From Basidiobolus meristosporus CBS 931.73 (lineage: Eukaryota > Fungi > Basidiobolomycota): a stretch of DNA of 64,000 nt. Shown here one piece after another: positions 1 through 17,042 of the stretch. Location: positions 118,643-182,642 of the forward strand of contig MCFE01000076.1 in assembly GCA_002104905.1 (NCBI GenBank), given 5' to 3'. A program made the position numbers and the translations under genes. Numbering within the stretch: the stretch's first letter is position 1; the number at the start of each line of letters is the position of its first letter. The notes under the pieces are model-generated. The model worked only from the letters and a program-made list of their open reading frames with translations, did not search any database and was not told the origin of the DNA.

Positions 1-1458
1 AACAAGCCAGAAAGCATAATCGGACGATGCCATTGCTGAACCATTTCCAGACAACTAGCTGTCAAATGCCCAATTTTCCTGCGACCAATATGGGATCACA
101 TACTCAAGACATATTGTTTTTCGGAATGTCTGGAATTCTTCAACTCTGTCGTATCTCAATTACGAAGATTGAGGGGGCAATCAAGAAAAATGGTGTGTTA
201 AATTTTCGGTCAGTTAATAGTATATAGCATTTTGACATTTTCATCCAAGGGAGAAACTTCACTTCGCAGAAATTGTTGGGCTCTTCTTCAGACTTGGTTG
301 AATGGAAATTACTGAGAGATCCTAGCTGGAGCGAGGTTCTTGGCGTGATCGAGGTAAAACTATTATAACCTCATTGCTTAAGCCAACAAGATTCGCTCAT
401 TCATTTATTTCAGGGCGTTGAGTTTAAAGATTCAGATCCAAAATGGCCGGGTACCAGGTATGAGGATTTGCCAGACTTACACAGGAACCAAAGCTTAATG
501 GCATTATCAGTTGGGTCAATGGTGTTGAGACATTTTCCTACTCTGTACCGCCAGTATCATTATGGAGCTCAAGCCAATTTCACTTCCAAACCTATATGAG
601 CCCAGACAAGCTTGAAAACTGGGATGAAGCATTACATTTACCTTTGACACAAAACATCGATGCAATCAATCGATGCACTGTTCCATATGGGGTGTAAGTA
701 TTTCACCTACATGTATCGGGCTTATCTAACGTCTAACCCACGGTCAACAGTGAGTATCTTCCCAAATGTGCCACCGACCTTGATCTAAATCTGGCAACAA
801 TGCTGGAGGGTAACACCAATGTTTTATTGAAATATGAGTATATACTAATATACTTACCGGGTTCCCAGAGAATATGTTAGAAGCCATAGGGACGGATCTG
901 ACCTCAACCTCAACCTCAACCTCAATCCCGCACAAACCTTTCCATCCTGTGCAAGAGCTTCGAGCAGAATATCATGAAAATGACATCTTTAACAATTTGG
1001 GGGGATTTCTTGAGGAAATGCATATTTATGAGGATCAATCAGAATTAGGGGACTTTGCTCCTGTAAGGCGATCTGATGATTACGACCCTCAAACACAAAG
1101 GCCAACGAATAATCAAAACACCAACCCATCATACGATTTGGATTGGCCAGAGTCTGATGACGAGGTACACCGGGATTATTTTTGTTCGACAAACGTGCCG
1201 CGTGAGTTTACACCGAGCGTATCCAAAGCCAGGGAAAATCACACCGATTCCTCAACAGATGATGATGAGGTGTTCCTTGAGTCATGCCCATATCCTTCGC
1301 TCCCACCTCGTGGCATTAATGATTCTCGGAGAGAGGTTAACAGAAACTGCCAGATATCTGATTTCTCTGGCTACCCATATACCGAGTCGGCTTGGACACC
1401 GCAGCCTCAGCTTCAAAACCAAGACTCACACTCCTGGGCAAGACTGTCTCGAGAGTAA
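1..1458 (+). CDS. Hypothetical protein, 3' part of a multi-exon gene entering from the left edge; acidic low-complexity last exon
   Basis: GT-AG intron signals (GTAAAA at 294, GTAAGT near 695) link short open segments to the 874-1458 ORF; no recognised domain; exon structure uncertain. Confidence 0.45.
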
Positions 1459-1535
1459 GCGATATCACATCCATGGAACCCAGACTCCCACGGCATATTT
1501 CCAATCTATTGTATTAATAGCTATATAGTTATTTT

Positions 1536-1770
1536 TCAATTATCTACACTCATATCGTGATCGTGATTTTGCAAGATGGCTTCTGTATTAAGAATTTCAA
1601 ACCGCTGAACATTGAATATAAGTTTTGATATCAACTGCAACCACCAACTGATCCCCGTCGTGTACATGGGCTAACCTGCTTTGCGTTGGTGTTGCCGTAG
1701 CCAATTGGTCAGCGAGATCTACCATGTCAGGCTGATCGTACATGGTTTGCATTCTTTATTCAATCGTAGT
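1536..1770 (-). CDS. Possible last two exons of an unidentified minus-strand gene (...QLATATPTQSSWWLQLISKLIFNVQRFEIL...*)
   Basis: A GTTAGC...CAG intron joins two open segments in frame; stop at 1536-1538; upstream exons not resolved. Confidence 0.3.
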
Positions 1771-2333
1771 TTATAGACACCTGTGCTTAACTTGATAGTT
1801 TACCAGCAATGTTGAATGTATGATAAATCGGTTTATACCATGCTTACTGGATATAGCTGGAAGCCGCCCATACATAGCAACCTAGCTCTGGTATTTTTTC
1901 TAGAATATCAACATTGCACGTGGCCATGTATCACGGCTCAAAATGGAATCAAACAACTTCACTAGGAGCTATTTGACCGTATTAGATTCCATACATATCT
2001 ACTGGACTTCCAACGATTTAGCAGCTGGTTCTCAATCACAAGCCCCAATAGCGTGATTCATGAAAGACCCCAATGTAAGATCAGCAAGATTTCAAATGTA
2101 TCAGATTATACGTGATTAACATCATCAGCAAAGCGAATCCTATTCACTCATGACAAGCATGTGGATCGGTCATGGGCCAATAATCTTTCAGAATCATATT
2201 TATCGAAACTGAGGCTAATTCAGATTCCCAAACGTAAAGATCTTGTGATATACTATACTTCGGAGAAAAGTTCATCATTCTATGTGATTAATATGATCTT
2301 CGATAACACAAAGAACCACTTGTTCATATTTCA

Positions 2334-4062
2334 ATGAGATTTCCGAAGGGTCGATACAGACAGCGTATACAGGCGATCTGCCGAGCATCCAATTCCTATT
2401 ACTCTGAAGATATAATCATTTCTGTATTATTATGTTTACTTGCTCGAAAAAAGTCTTTATTGCTGAGAACACAGACAGAAGCGGTGCACGGATTAGCAGC
2501 GTTGGTTGAACAAGTAATATTTGTAGTGTGATTTTTCCTGTTGTATATATCCTAATCAAATGTGCCTTTCAGTTGGTTCAGAATGTCTTCGAGCTGGAAT
2601 GCGCCAATATCAATTGCTCGCAATTAGCTTCACCGGCAGAGTTGTATTATATTATGATCAATAGAAGTAGAGAAAAGAAATTACGCACTCATATTAGCAC
2701 AGTCGCTCGAGCAAACACACCAAGCACAAGCACGATGCCCCAATCGGGTGGTTTAGGCAACACAAAGGCATCCCCGACCACTCTCAAGTATAATCCGAGT
2801 AGGGAATTCGTACAGTTCTCGAACTTCCCCGAAAGAAATTTTTTGACAGAAGAGCGCACCTCAGAAGATGAAAGTGCTCATAGGAGCCCACATAGACACA
2901 GCGCAAATTTAGAGCGCTTCACCGACCAGTCAGCGATTGATAAGTACACCAAAGATTTTGGTGGCATATCTTATGGTGGCACACTGGAGGTAATCCCATA
3001 CTCGCCATTCCTTTGGTTGAATCGACGCTCATACACCTATTATAATGACTCTAGAGAAACAGCCCAGTCTCGTCGCGGGATTACTACTCTCGAGCTTCCA
3101 AACAACAAAAGGATATTGAGATCATTCCCCTACAACATATTAATGGGCGGAAAGAGCAAGAACCTATTAGACAACAAAAGAGTCCCTCGGCATTATATGC
3201 TTCGCGTGTTATCAATTCCAAGAAGTTAGCGAATGTCATTATATTGGAAGGGCTGGAGAATGCTAGCAATGCGATACAATTAGCACTGTCGCAGGTAAAT
3301 GAATATCTGCTTCTGTCGATAGTCCTGTGCTAATTCTACTGGCTGTCAGATTCTGTCAAAAGGGTGGTTTCTAGATCGAAACAACGTATGCCACGTTCCG
3401 GATCCGTTTGTAATCATCGTCTTGTTACCACTGAACAATATGCCCCTTATAGCCCGACATCTAGTAAGTAGCATCAACTGTTGCCAATTGACAACCAATG
3501 CAATAACCTGTTCGGTAACATAGATGGATAAATTCTACATCAGCTATACTTATGACGGGGTTATTGGGCCACCACCTCACCCAGCAATCAAACGACCTTT
3601 TGTGTTTCCCAACGAAGTAAGCGATAGGCAGCCTACTCGGTGCTAGCCCAACATGTGCACTAATTCCACCCCAATACATGTACAGGAAGTAAAGGAGATT
3701 GCCCTACGTGTAAAAAATGTCGTTATTAGCCCCGAAATCAGTCGCTATTTACGCGATCTAATGGTTGGGATTCGTCTGAATCCGAAGTTCAGATTGGGTG
3801 CAAGCCCTCATGCATCCATGGATCTTTTCTCAGTGCTGAGGTAGGGAATGTACCTTCTTTCATCCACCCATTCTAGCTACTCACACAATCTTCAATTGTC
3901 CCTAGAGCTCTGGCAGCAATTTACGAGAAGGCCTATGTCACACCTGAACTAGTGCTCGTCGTGATCAACAAAGTACTTGGACATCGTTTGTTTTCTGCGA
4001 ATATGTTGTCGGACCAAGGAATCATCTCTGACACACTACAACTAGTGTGGCCTCCTTCATAA
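2334..4062 (+). CDS. MoxR/Mg-chelatase-like AAA+ fold protein with degenerate ATPase motifs (multi-exon)
   Basis: Spliced translation gives IIISVLLCLLARKKSLLL (MoxR-like N-terminus, no GKT), VIILEGLEN (degenerate Walker B) and lid VVISPEISRYLRDLMVGIR...GASPHAS...ALAAIYEKAYVTPELV...VLGHRL; stop 4060-4062. Confidence 0.7.
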
Positions 4063-5481
4063 TGTCATGTGACAAGCTGTAGCACTGAGCCTACTTATGT
4101 TGAGCTTGAAATAAAATATTCGAACAAGGTGAACCTTCACAATCACATGCAAATATAGCCCTGATATGAATGCTAACTTGCTGCGATCCAAATAACAGCC
4201 AAACACTTGAACTGGTTTTCCGGGGGTTGCTCCAAGAACGTATTGTACACTCGGAGAATCATCCATCTGATGTGCAGATCTGGATGTTTGATTTCTGGGC
4301 ACCTGATCCGGTAGATATTACGAGTGGAAGAAAATTTGCTCAAATCAGCTAGAAATGGCGCGTCGAGATCGTTCTTTCAAGCGGGTGCAGGTTGAATGGA
4401 ATCCAGATACACCTCGAGGATGAATGCAACAACTGGCTGCTGCAATGGCAAGAAAATATTGCATCATATCCGGTACTTTGCACCAAGACGCTCCCCACTT
4501 CGCACCTGATCACGACACCCATTTTGAATAGCTGCAATGCCTCGCTGGTCTGATTGGCTGTAGAGTGAGCGGGAATCCCATCGTGAGAAGCATAACCACA
4601 GCTTTATTCTAAAGTCAGGATGCTATACTGCAACTAAACAAACTCTGGTCGAAGTATTACGCAGTTGAGAGGAGGCGATTTGCTGGCTCAGATGGCGGCC
4701 GCTACAATTCTAAATTACGGGGTGGAAGGTGCAGTGAATTTGGAGCAGGCTCGAGACTCTCAAAGATCCTTGCCAATTTAAGCCAACTACTCCAGTGATC
4801 GCCAGGGATAGCCAATGTTGTTTGCCTCGCCATTCCGTATGAAATCCGGGGTGCTTGTTTTCGTTGTCCAGGGAAACTGTGGTTGGAGAATCACACCCAC
4901 CTATTGTAGTGTTACCATTTTCATTATAGAGCCTGGTCTAGTCGATTCAATCATAGGCAAATACGTCCCAAGATGGGTTTGCTTTTATCGTGCTATGATA
5001 TTGTCTCCAACTTGCAAGGTTAATGTACTCTCTCGTACGAGTCCTCCTCCTCCCCCCCCCCCCAATGACTGATGCTTAGAGGACTTCGACTGGCCAGATT
5101 GATTATCATTGGCTTAATATTGCACCAGTATAGCATTTCTTTGGTAATTGATCAATCACCGCTCGCTCGTTTTGAGCAACCATAGCCGCCACCTGTGAAG
5201 GATTATTCCTAATCAAGCAGGACTTTAAATTTATTTATCTAGGTGACTCGAATTTGGAAGAGTTGTTTCCTTGTTTTGGATGGTGTATTTATTGAATGAT
5301 CGCCCATTTAGACCTTCATCATTAATTGCATTTCTGTGATACGCTTGATCACAGCAACCTTTTTCGAGCGGGTTTCTGGACCTCCAAGATACGAACTTGG
5401 CCTTGGTGACCACATTTCCATCGTTCGCCATATAAATGGGCACTCCGACCCATTCCACGAGCCACTCGAGATAGTTGAATC

Positions 5482-6332
5482 ATGAGGTTCTTGGACTCGT
5501 ACATCGCTAGGATGCAGAAATCAGAGAGGACGCCGTTTCCTCCGATGCCGCCGCTTACTCATATCTTCGGCTCGTTCCTCGCCGCGTTCACTGGTATATC
5601 TATAGTCGGCCTGTTGACCTGGGAGGCAAAAATCTTCAGTGCTTACAATGATGCCCCGGTGATTATGGGTGCGTTTGGTGCCAGCTCGGTACTGATTTAT
5701 GTAGCCTTGGATAGTCCCCTGGCACAGCCTTACAATGCATGTAAGCAGCACCAAACTCATATTTCCCATCCATTCCTGGCTAATTCTGGTTTGATGTAGT
5801 TGTTGGTGGAACCATCTCGGCGTTTATCGGGGTTTCTGTCGGAAAGATCTTTGAGGCGGCCTGTGAGCATAGTACTGACCACTTGTGGCTACAGGCTTCG
5901 CTTGCTGTATCGTTGGCCATTGTTGGAATGATGCTAACACGCAGTGTTCATCCGCCAGGAGCTGCCACCGCTCTGATTACCGTGACTAGTGGGCAAAGCA
6001 TCCGAGACATCGGCTACTTTTTCCTCGTCTCTCCACTCCTTTTGGGCACAGCCATCATGATCATCGTCGCCGTGCTGTTCAATAATGTGCATCGGAAATA
6101 CCCGAAGTACTGGATCTTCAGGAAGCCGGAGCTGATTGAGCTTGGGGTCAACAAAAGGGACGGGCTTGGAGCAAAGCAGACAGCCAACCAGGATGTCGAG
6201 ATCCCAATGATCGAGCAGTCTACTCCTACCACTGAAGCCAAGCTGGGGGCGGCTGAAAAAAGAATCCGAGAGTTGGAGGCCAAGATTGCTAAGATGGAGC
6301 AATTCGCCCAGCTGGGGGTGGCATCGAATTAG
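5482..6332 (+). CDS. HPP family integral membrane protein (2 exons)
   Basis: GAFGASSVLIY...SPLAQP and SVHPPGAATAL motifs; intron 5741-5799 restores frame. Confidence 0.9.
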
Positions 6333-7064
6333 ATCGCCTAAGGGCTCCGCGAAATACCCCTCATGATCCGTCAGCTCTGTCTCGCATTCCGTAGCCATCT
6401 GATTTGCTGTGGTGGTCCTCAGACCGCATGTATATCTAAAAAGGGTGAAATATCCCATCATTCCGAGATGGCTTCTTTAAATAGGCCGATTAATCTGTGT
6501 TATATACAAATGGTTTGGTTAGCAATAAATAGAAGTGTACAATGGGCAGTGTATTTGTCAGATCTATTGCATCTCGAGAAGATTGAGCCGAACGTGAACC
6601 GTTTGCCGGAATGCTGCTTGGTGCCTATGCGTTGTCTGTAGCCCCCATCCAGATCAGCTCAACATGATGCGGGTGTGACGTGGTTGTTTTGAACACCCAC
6701 AGAGACATGGGATTCGCAGTGATCTGTGTGAAATAGAACTTCCACTGGCCGAGATTGGCGGCGATTGGTGGCGTTTACAATGAGATAGGTCTATGGTATA
6801 TGTACAATCAGCATAAAGTATGGAGTGAGTGATGGTTTACTCGAGTATCTGGAAATGCAGTTGAGATATGTAGTGACCCGCGCTATATAGATATATGGAA
6901 AGGCAGATCAAATGTGGATTTTCTAGCACTCTTCATGGTCTTGATTGGGCAAGTGACTAGGGAAAGACCCAATGGCCTATTTCTCAAGATGTTAGATAAC
7001 CATTTATAAGCCTCTCCACCGACAGTCATTCGTAGAACCAAATCTCTAACTGTCATCAGCTACA

Positions 7065-8498
7065 ATGGAGCGAAAATTTAAGCTAAAGCTACTGCTTTCG
7101 CTGACTACACTTTTCTTTTTGGCCGAATTGGTAGTAGGCTATGCTGCCGGCTCCATAGCGTTGATTGCCGACTCCTTCCATATGTTAAGCGATATGCTTA
7201 GTGTCATTGTAGCATTATACGCAATCAATGTAAGAATGCGGGATCACCCTAAATGGCGTATTTGCGCTAACCTATTCTCCAGTTGAGTGAAAGGCGGGAC
7301 TACTCTGCACAATATACCTACGGTTGGCAACGGGCAGAAGTTCTTGGCGCTTTGATAAACGGGGTATTCCTGGTCGCATTGTGCTTTTCGATCTTCCTTG
7401 AAGCAATCCAGCGTTTCTTTGAGCCACAAGGTGAACACACAAAGTTGCTTTCTATACGTTGATTCTAGACTTAGCCATGCTTCTTTCAGACGTGAAAAAT
7501 CCCGAGCTAGTTTTGATCGTAGGGGGCTTCGGTCTGGTGGTCAACATTCTAGGGTTGTCGCTGTTCCATGGTAAGTTGACCACTTCAAACCTCCATTGAT
7601 AGTCTTCTTGCTCACATGTATCTCAGAGCACACAGATGATGCACCAGAAAACAACCCAACCTTCTCCTCAGCATCCACATCGTTAATCGAAACTGCCGAC
7701 CGTGTTAAGCGAAGACGCGAGTCTATTACTTCCGTGGATGAAACGACGCCAATTCTCAACCCCGCTATCGGCGGCGAGGGCCGCCGGAATGACGGAAAGC
7801 TAAACATGCATAGCATTTTCCTTCATGTATTAGGGGACACGCTTGGCAGCGTGGCTGTGATCGTAAGCTCCGCTGTGATATGGAAGTGCGACTTTCCGTA
7901 CAAGTATGTTCTGGATCCGATCATCAGGTATGAGCCCTCTGCACGTGTATGCCTGATACAAACATCGCGAACGCTCGCTAACTTGACCGTCTAGTTTAAT
8001 AATCACGGCAATCATTTTGGCCTTCTCTTTGCCTTTAGGTGGGATTTTCTTCCTTGCCCAAAAATGCTGTATTTGATGTTGGATTGCTAATTGTTTTGAA
8101 AACAGTCAGAAGCACTTGCTTTATACTTCTTCAGGGTGTTCCTAGCTCGATCCCGGTAGACCTCATCCATGAGCAAATATCGAATGTATGGGTGTCTCAC
8201 AACCTATTGATATGACATATGCTGATACTTGTTTTAGATGAGATATGTGCGTTCGGTTCATGAACTCCATATATGGCAGTTGACCGACACTAAAGTAGTA
8301 GCCTCTGTTCATATTTGTGTTGAAGACGCGGACCAGTACAACATTCTGGCTGAGAAAATCAACGAATTGCTGAGCTCCTATGGTGTTCATTCTGTTACCA
8401 TTCAACCCGAGTTCCTAAATATCGATCAAGGCCGTCCATTCAAATGTCCCGCCGTGAACGGGATCTCCACTTGCTGTCCCCCTAATGGCACCAACTGA
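7065..8498 (+). CDS. Cation diffusion facilitator zinc transporter, ZRC1/COT1/ZnT1-like (multi-exon)
   Basis: ALIADSFHMLSD, RAEVLGALIN, LNMHSIFLHVLGD, VHELHIWQL and HSVTIQPE CDF motifs across canonical introns. Confidence 0.93.
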
Positions 8499-8680
8499 CA
8501 ATTGTGGTGGAACTTGTTTTTAATAAACAAACAATTGATTGCTTGAATACTGTTGTATATTTCTTCTGTATGACAGAGATCAATTTCTTGGTAAATTCAA
8601 CAGATGGTGTCCTCGTGCAAGACGTATTTACATATAACAAAGCCTCCATACCAGAGTTGCTGCGAGTGCTGTACTTCTGC

Positions 8681-10720
8681 CTAGAATTTTTTGTACATGA
8701 TACCCATGGTCTGGCACCATCTGGCAGCTGAGCCGAACACCCCCACGATAGAGTAGCCAGGAGGAGGCTGGAGGCTTTGATCTTGGCCACCTTTGCCACC
8801 AATCCACCCAGTGGTTTTGCCTTTGTTGCTGACAATTTCGATTCCGTCGATCCATGCGCCGTGATTAACGATAATCCTGTTGATCCAATCGTCCCGATCC
8901 AGGGATATCTCCTTGGTGTTTCCACCACCAGTTTTCCCACACACCACCTCTCTACCATCTGAATATTTGAAGACCAAACCGTCTATGTAAGCGCCGCTGT
9001 GCACACGAACTGATATCATCTGATGGCCTTGAGAAGGTAGAATGATGCTGCTGAAGTCATCGGCCTCCTGGAAATACCTGGAGCCACACTCGTTAGATTT
9101 GAACAGGTTTCCAAGGTTTCTATCTTGGATTGTCCCTTTCTGGACGAAGTCTCGGATGTCTTCCAGAGTGTTGATTTGTTGGTTTTTGGATACGACCTCG
9201 ATCCGCAATTTATCAGAAGGGCTTATATTCAAGCGAGAGTAGATTTCATTGATCTCAATGGATATCTCGGTGGGCTGTGGCACGTCATCTCGAATGAACT
9301 CAACGTGCGTCGAGTATTTTCCATTTATATGATATTCGATCATCGAGATCCCCGCTGGCGACTGTATCAAGATCCCATTGTCCATGGCTAGGAAAGAAGC
9401 GCCTTCAGTAGGTAAGGCTGGAGCGTACGGATCAGCGGGTAGACGAAAGCATGGATGGTAGCGAAGGCGAACCACATCTGTTCGGTGCCAATGGGAGCCA
9501 GCTTCATCCTGCGCATTTGGCAATATGGGTCTTTTGTTGCCTTCCTTCACCACGAACGTTTTGTTGAAGTCATTGAAACCACGGCTCATAATTCCTGGTT
9601 GAGCGCACGGCTTTAGTGTCATTGAAAATAATAGCTGGCCGAAATCATGCACATACCTGAGGCTGAATGAGCAAGTGTCAAGCAATGACCAACTTCATGA
9701 AGAAAAGCCCCCATTCCAACATTAAGGCACCGGTAATACACGCCGCATTCGTTGCTATCATTTGCCAGGTATTCTTCAGTGCATCTTTCATCCGTAAAGG
9801 CTGGGACAACTTCCTCGAGGTTTTTCGGCCAAGAGTGGACTGCGTGCGAGCCAAAAATCCCCAGGCGGATATGACCAGACCCGCCACCCAAGGCTGTATG
9901 GCCCAAGATCAAGTGCTGTTGAGGGTCATAGTGAGCGTCCATTATAAGGCCAGCAACATAACATGGTGCGTCAAATGGGGCACCGTATTCGCGAAGAGCA
10001 TCAAGAAAAATCGAGAAAAGGGATGGCTTATTAGTAGGCGGGGTGCCGGCAGGTGGTTTGTATTGCTGTGCAATATCCCGGTCTTGGATTTCCTTTACCG
10101 TACGCTGAGATCTTATCACATACACCACAGCGGTATTGCGAGGTTCGCGAGTTTGGCAGCTTAGTGTATCTGAAGGCAGATCAAGTCAGTACTAAGCCAA
10201 CTGGAGTTACTCTGGCGTAAGCACACGTACCATTTTGGAAGTTTTCGTCGATACGGAATGTCCTTCTTCCAAAACCATTTCTCATCATCTGCTCACTAGT
10301 GAACGCCTGCCACAAATATGCTGCACACCTAAATCTCTCAATAGCCCCTTCGAGGCCACATTCATGTCTCTTACACTCGGGTGCGTCAAGTTGGGCGGGA
10401 CTGTCCTTGGCCAGCATGATAACCAGCCTTAAGGGTGGGTTTTGGAGCGGAGGTATATAGTTCAGCTCTAGTTTAGTTTGCTGGCCTTCATACTGGAACA
10501 GCACTTGGTTGGGACCAGGATGAAGATGTACCAAGCACTTGAAGTGGCTATCCACCACTGGCCACTTTATTGGTGGGAAGTTGGTGCTTTGGACGGTTAC
10601 CTCGCCCTCGAAACGTGAGCCATCTGTACCTGCCCGGCCGTATATTAAGAGAACTCTCTGGTAAATGTTCTCACCGTTTTGTACATTAACAATGCTTGGT
10701 GCAGATGCGAAATGTGTCAT
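8681..10720 (-). CDS. Putative zinc metallopeptidase (YIL108W-like) with C-terminal jacalin-like lectin domain
   Basis: GAFLHEVGHCLTLAH zincin motif; C-terminal VRVHSGAYIDGL...GKTGGG...HGAWIDGI...GVFGS jacalin pattern; ORFs 10181-10720, 9619-10128, 8681-9685 joined by introns. Confidence 0.88.
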
Positions 10721-11954
10721 GACTGATCACGACTGCACAGCATAAATTCTTCGTTATATACGCTGCAACGGGCGAAAAACTGCCAGCGTAGGAACACGCC
10801 AATAAATATGACATGATTGGCTACTACAGGGTTGGACGTCATTCCATGACGTGATGTTACCTCGGGCATATAAGAACCGTCATGATTTATCGCCTACATC
10901 AGTGAGAATGGCTTAGCAACAGTCACATTCTTGAATCATCATCACATGGTGATTCGGATTTGGATGGATCCAATGAGGTGCTCCAGATCCCGGGATACTC
11001 AGAATATTCCTGAACGAACGCTGCAGCATCTCGAAACAGTAAGATCTAAAATTACGTGCAGAGAGTACAGTGCAAAACAAAGAGAATGTCGATAGATGGC
11101 CAAAATCCCTTATCTTGTAGACAAGAAGCATCCTAACCTATGGCTTCGCAGATATTTTCAAGATACATCACCATCACCAACTTTACGTAAGCCAATATCA
11201 CCAATTGACTGCCAGCGCTTGGTGCTAATTTAATGCAGATTTATGTGTCACCAGTCACTTGCTTTGAATGCCATGTCAAGCAATTCGAGCCCTGGATTCT
11301 ATCCAGCTAATATAGCGCGCAAGGTGCATTCCGCCTCTGTAGGCTGATCGAGCCAAGATACATATTCCACGCCTCACTGTCGCTGAACAGAGATATTAAA
11401 GCCTAGGGAATGTCTTAGACTGTCTTGGTGTTGGTGTGTCGCATAGCATGCGCTCGAACGCCAAATAAGTACAAATCGAGGAATTGCTGTGTGCTGCCCT
11501 ACCAAGCTTTCTGATACAGTAGAGGATAGATCTGGATCTAATATTGATGTTTGGCAATTTATCGGAGCTTCAATAGCCACGATCAATGAAATAACTGCAA
11601 TATATGACAGCGCCCAGCGATATTAGGATCTGGTCTTTACCCAGTACATGTATGCATATATGGATATTGATGTAAAAAGAAACGAGTCAATATTGATACG
11701 TTGAGTCGTTCGGCTCAGAATGCATAAACTAATTGTTTGTGAATCATTTCTTACCACTGCTCATATACACTTCTCAAATCACCTCTCTTTGGTTATTTAT
11801 AGTTACTCACTCGTCAGTGATATCCAAACAACGGTTTTTATTTTTCTCTTTCTCTTCAAACCCTTGTTTGTTTTGCGGTGGACATTTAATACTCCCAGAA
11901 GTAGATATCCTTAGGCTTGACTCAACACTTTGAATTTAAGTTGAGTAAAGGACA

Positions 11955-14588
<2,634 letters not shown>

Positions 14589-14972
14589 TGCTCCGAGAGA
14601 TCAAGATCTTTCGCCGGGAAAACCAACCAACTCTGTAGAATCGGGACTTCTCGCCGTTTTCAAGTAAATATCAGAAGATCCTGTGCCGCATTCAACCATC
14701 TAGATAATACGAAGAGCTGAGTTCTAATCCATCAATGTGAATTACTACGGTATCCCTATCACATATTTAAAATTCATGTAATATGCTGCTGGTTTTTTAT
14801 AATAAATACCTTGAATCATTTCATACATAATTCTCGGATCCAGAACGAGTAACATTATCGCCTAGGCTCCCTTCGTCCAGTCACATGACCTATCAAGACA
14901 TTCATTAGAATCATGAAATTTATCCATATCCAAGGTATCAATATACTTGCAAGCCAAGGCTAACCACGCAGA

Positions 14973-17042
14973 ATGGCTAGCAAGCGCAAGTTTTCTCGGG
15001 ACTTGAGTGTAGAAAGCGGTGAAAAAGTCCATGGAGATCTACAGCTCCATGAAAGAAATGTATATAGGTATAAGCCGCCGAATTTCGAGCAACTGGCAAA
15101 AGGGTATCCAGAATTTGGAAAATAGTAAGAGAAGAGTTTTCCCCAAACCGACAGAACAGAGTAGTGGGCTGACTTCCTTCGTATTATCTAGTGTTACTGT
15201 CAATAAAGGGGTAGGGAGGATTAACTTTCACGATCCAAAAGCAGTCCGGTAATTCGTTTGCGTTGAAATGCTTGGCCGTTGCGTGACCTCTACTCACTCC
15301 ATTCATAGCCAGCTCGCCTACACACTGTTGAAAAAAGACTTTGATTTGGAAGTGGAATTCCCACTAGATAGATTGTGTCCCATGGTAAGAAACGAAGCCC
15401 CCAGCTGTTGTATCTTTGGAAGATAGTTGGCTTGAGGAGCCTGGTATATATTATTTTGTATGCTTGGACCTAATTTCTACCAAGATTCCCAATAGGTACT
15501 ATAGAATGCAACCTGACACCACAGTGAAGTACAACCGTGCCCTAATGGAGCTGTTGGTTTTGCAGACTAAATTACTTGCTCTGGATAGACGATCTATTGC
15601 AGTCAACCAAAATGGATCAAGAAGTCGTTCGAGGGATAGACATGTACGTGACGCCTGTACGCTGGAAACTTTCTACCCGCCAGACCAACCATGCTGACCA
15701 CGTTGCCGCACAGCGGGGTTGGCGCTTCCTGCGTTTATCCATTACTAGGGTGTCGTCTGAACAGAAATTGGCATTTCTTGGGAACAGGTAGGACTCGAAA
15801 CTGGCGCAGGCACGAAGATTGTAGAAACTAAGCAGGCTTTCGTCAGAAATCGATCCACGTTCATTCTCCTATGCCAAGGCGAATGTCGAGAGAAACGGGC
15901 TGTCAGATAGGATACAGCTATTCTTGAATCCCACCTCCAAAACGCTGCCATTGGATGAGGCTGACGGAGATGCAAGGTACGGCTTGGCGCTCCACGAGGT
16001 GCTTCGGCCCAACTGACCCTTTGTTTAGGTTTTCCTTTGCCATGTGTAATCCACCCTTCTACGAAAATTACGAGCAGGTTGAGGCAGGCATCAACACGAA
16101 AAAGCTGAAACCACGCGCGGTAAGCTCGTGTACCTATCTTCGGTGGAGGCTCGGCATCTTAGTCCTCCATATAGGTATGCACCGGTTCTTCGAACGAGTT
16201 GATTACCGAGGGCGGTGAGGCACAGTTCATTTCGACAATGATCTCCGAGAGCCTGGAGCTACTGGACCGAGTAAGGTATCGCGGGTAGGATTCTCTCATT
16301 CATCGCAACATAGATTGATCGCATCCTGTGTGTGCAGCTGGTACACGACGATGGTGGGGCGTAAGGAAACCTTGGATGTCGTGGTTGCCAAACTCAAAAG
16401 CTCCAAGGTAGCTTGGTTCCTGATTTAGAGCCACTTCTTAACACTTACACCTTGCAAATACAGATCAACAACTATGCCATTACCGAGTTCTGCCAAGGAG
16501 TTACAAGACGCTGGGGATTGGCCTGGTCTTTCATGGATCAAAGGCTTAGCAAGGTCGATATGGGATGCATGGATGCTAAATCCAGTCGCGTGGTACTAAA
16601 TTCCCTTCGTTAGGAGATCGCCCAGCCAACATCAAAGCGCCTAAAGAAATTAGCACCGCCCACTACCCAATTCTGCCACACGTATCCACTAGTCCCAATC
16701 GTCTGCCGTAGCTTCCTCAAGGAGCTGATGGACGAACTGCAAGTAGAGTATAGTGCTGACGATGAGACCAAGACCCTTAGCGGTCTGACACGAGTCAATA
16801 CTTGGAGTCGATCAGCCAGACGTCTTCGTCAAAGGGGCGAATTGATGCCGGTAGCGACGGAAAACATTTTGTTCGAGTTCGAGAGCAAAGTCGACCCAGG
16901 GGAAAAGCCAGGAACTGCCTGTGTCATATTCACGTGGGTTAGGGGAGAGAGTAGAGACCTGTTCGAGTCCTTTCATAGCCACATCAAGAAGCGTATAGAA
17001 ACATACACCAATGGGTTGTCTGTAGAGCGCCAAGATAAATAA
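14973..17042 (+). CDS. METTL16: METTL16/RlmF-like RNA m6A methyltransferase (U6 snRNA methyltransferase family; multi-exon incl. 11-nt micro-exon)
   Basis: LCPMIPNRLNY, GIDIGVGASCVYPLLG, MCNPPFY, TEGGE, WYTTMVG, QGVTRRWGLAWSF motifs after splicing. Confidence 0.9.

Noticed and set aside
901-924. (ACCTCA)4 repeat
   Set aside because: Encodes a TSTSTSTS tract inside an ORF; ordinary microsatellite
4057-5070. Possible spliced minus-strand gene between the MoxR-like and HPP genes
   Set aside because: Intron-like signals exist but I could not build one consistent frame or recognise a family
10900-11700. Plus-strand intron-like signals upstream of the kinase
   Set aside because: Spliced product hits stops in the frames tried; could be UTR or noise
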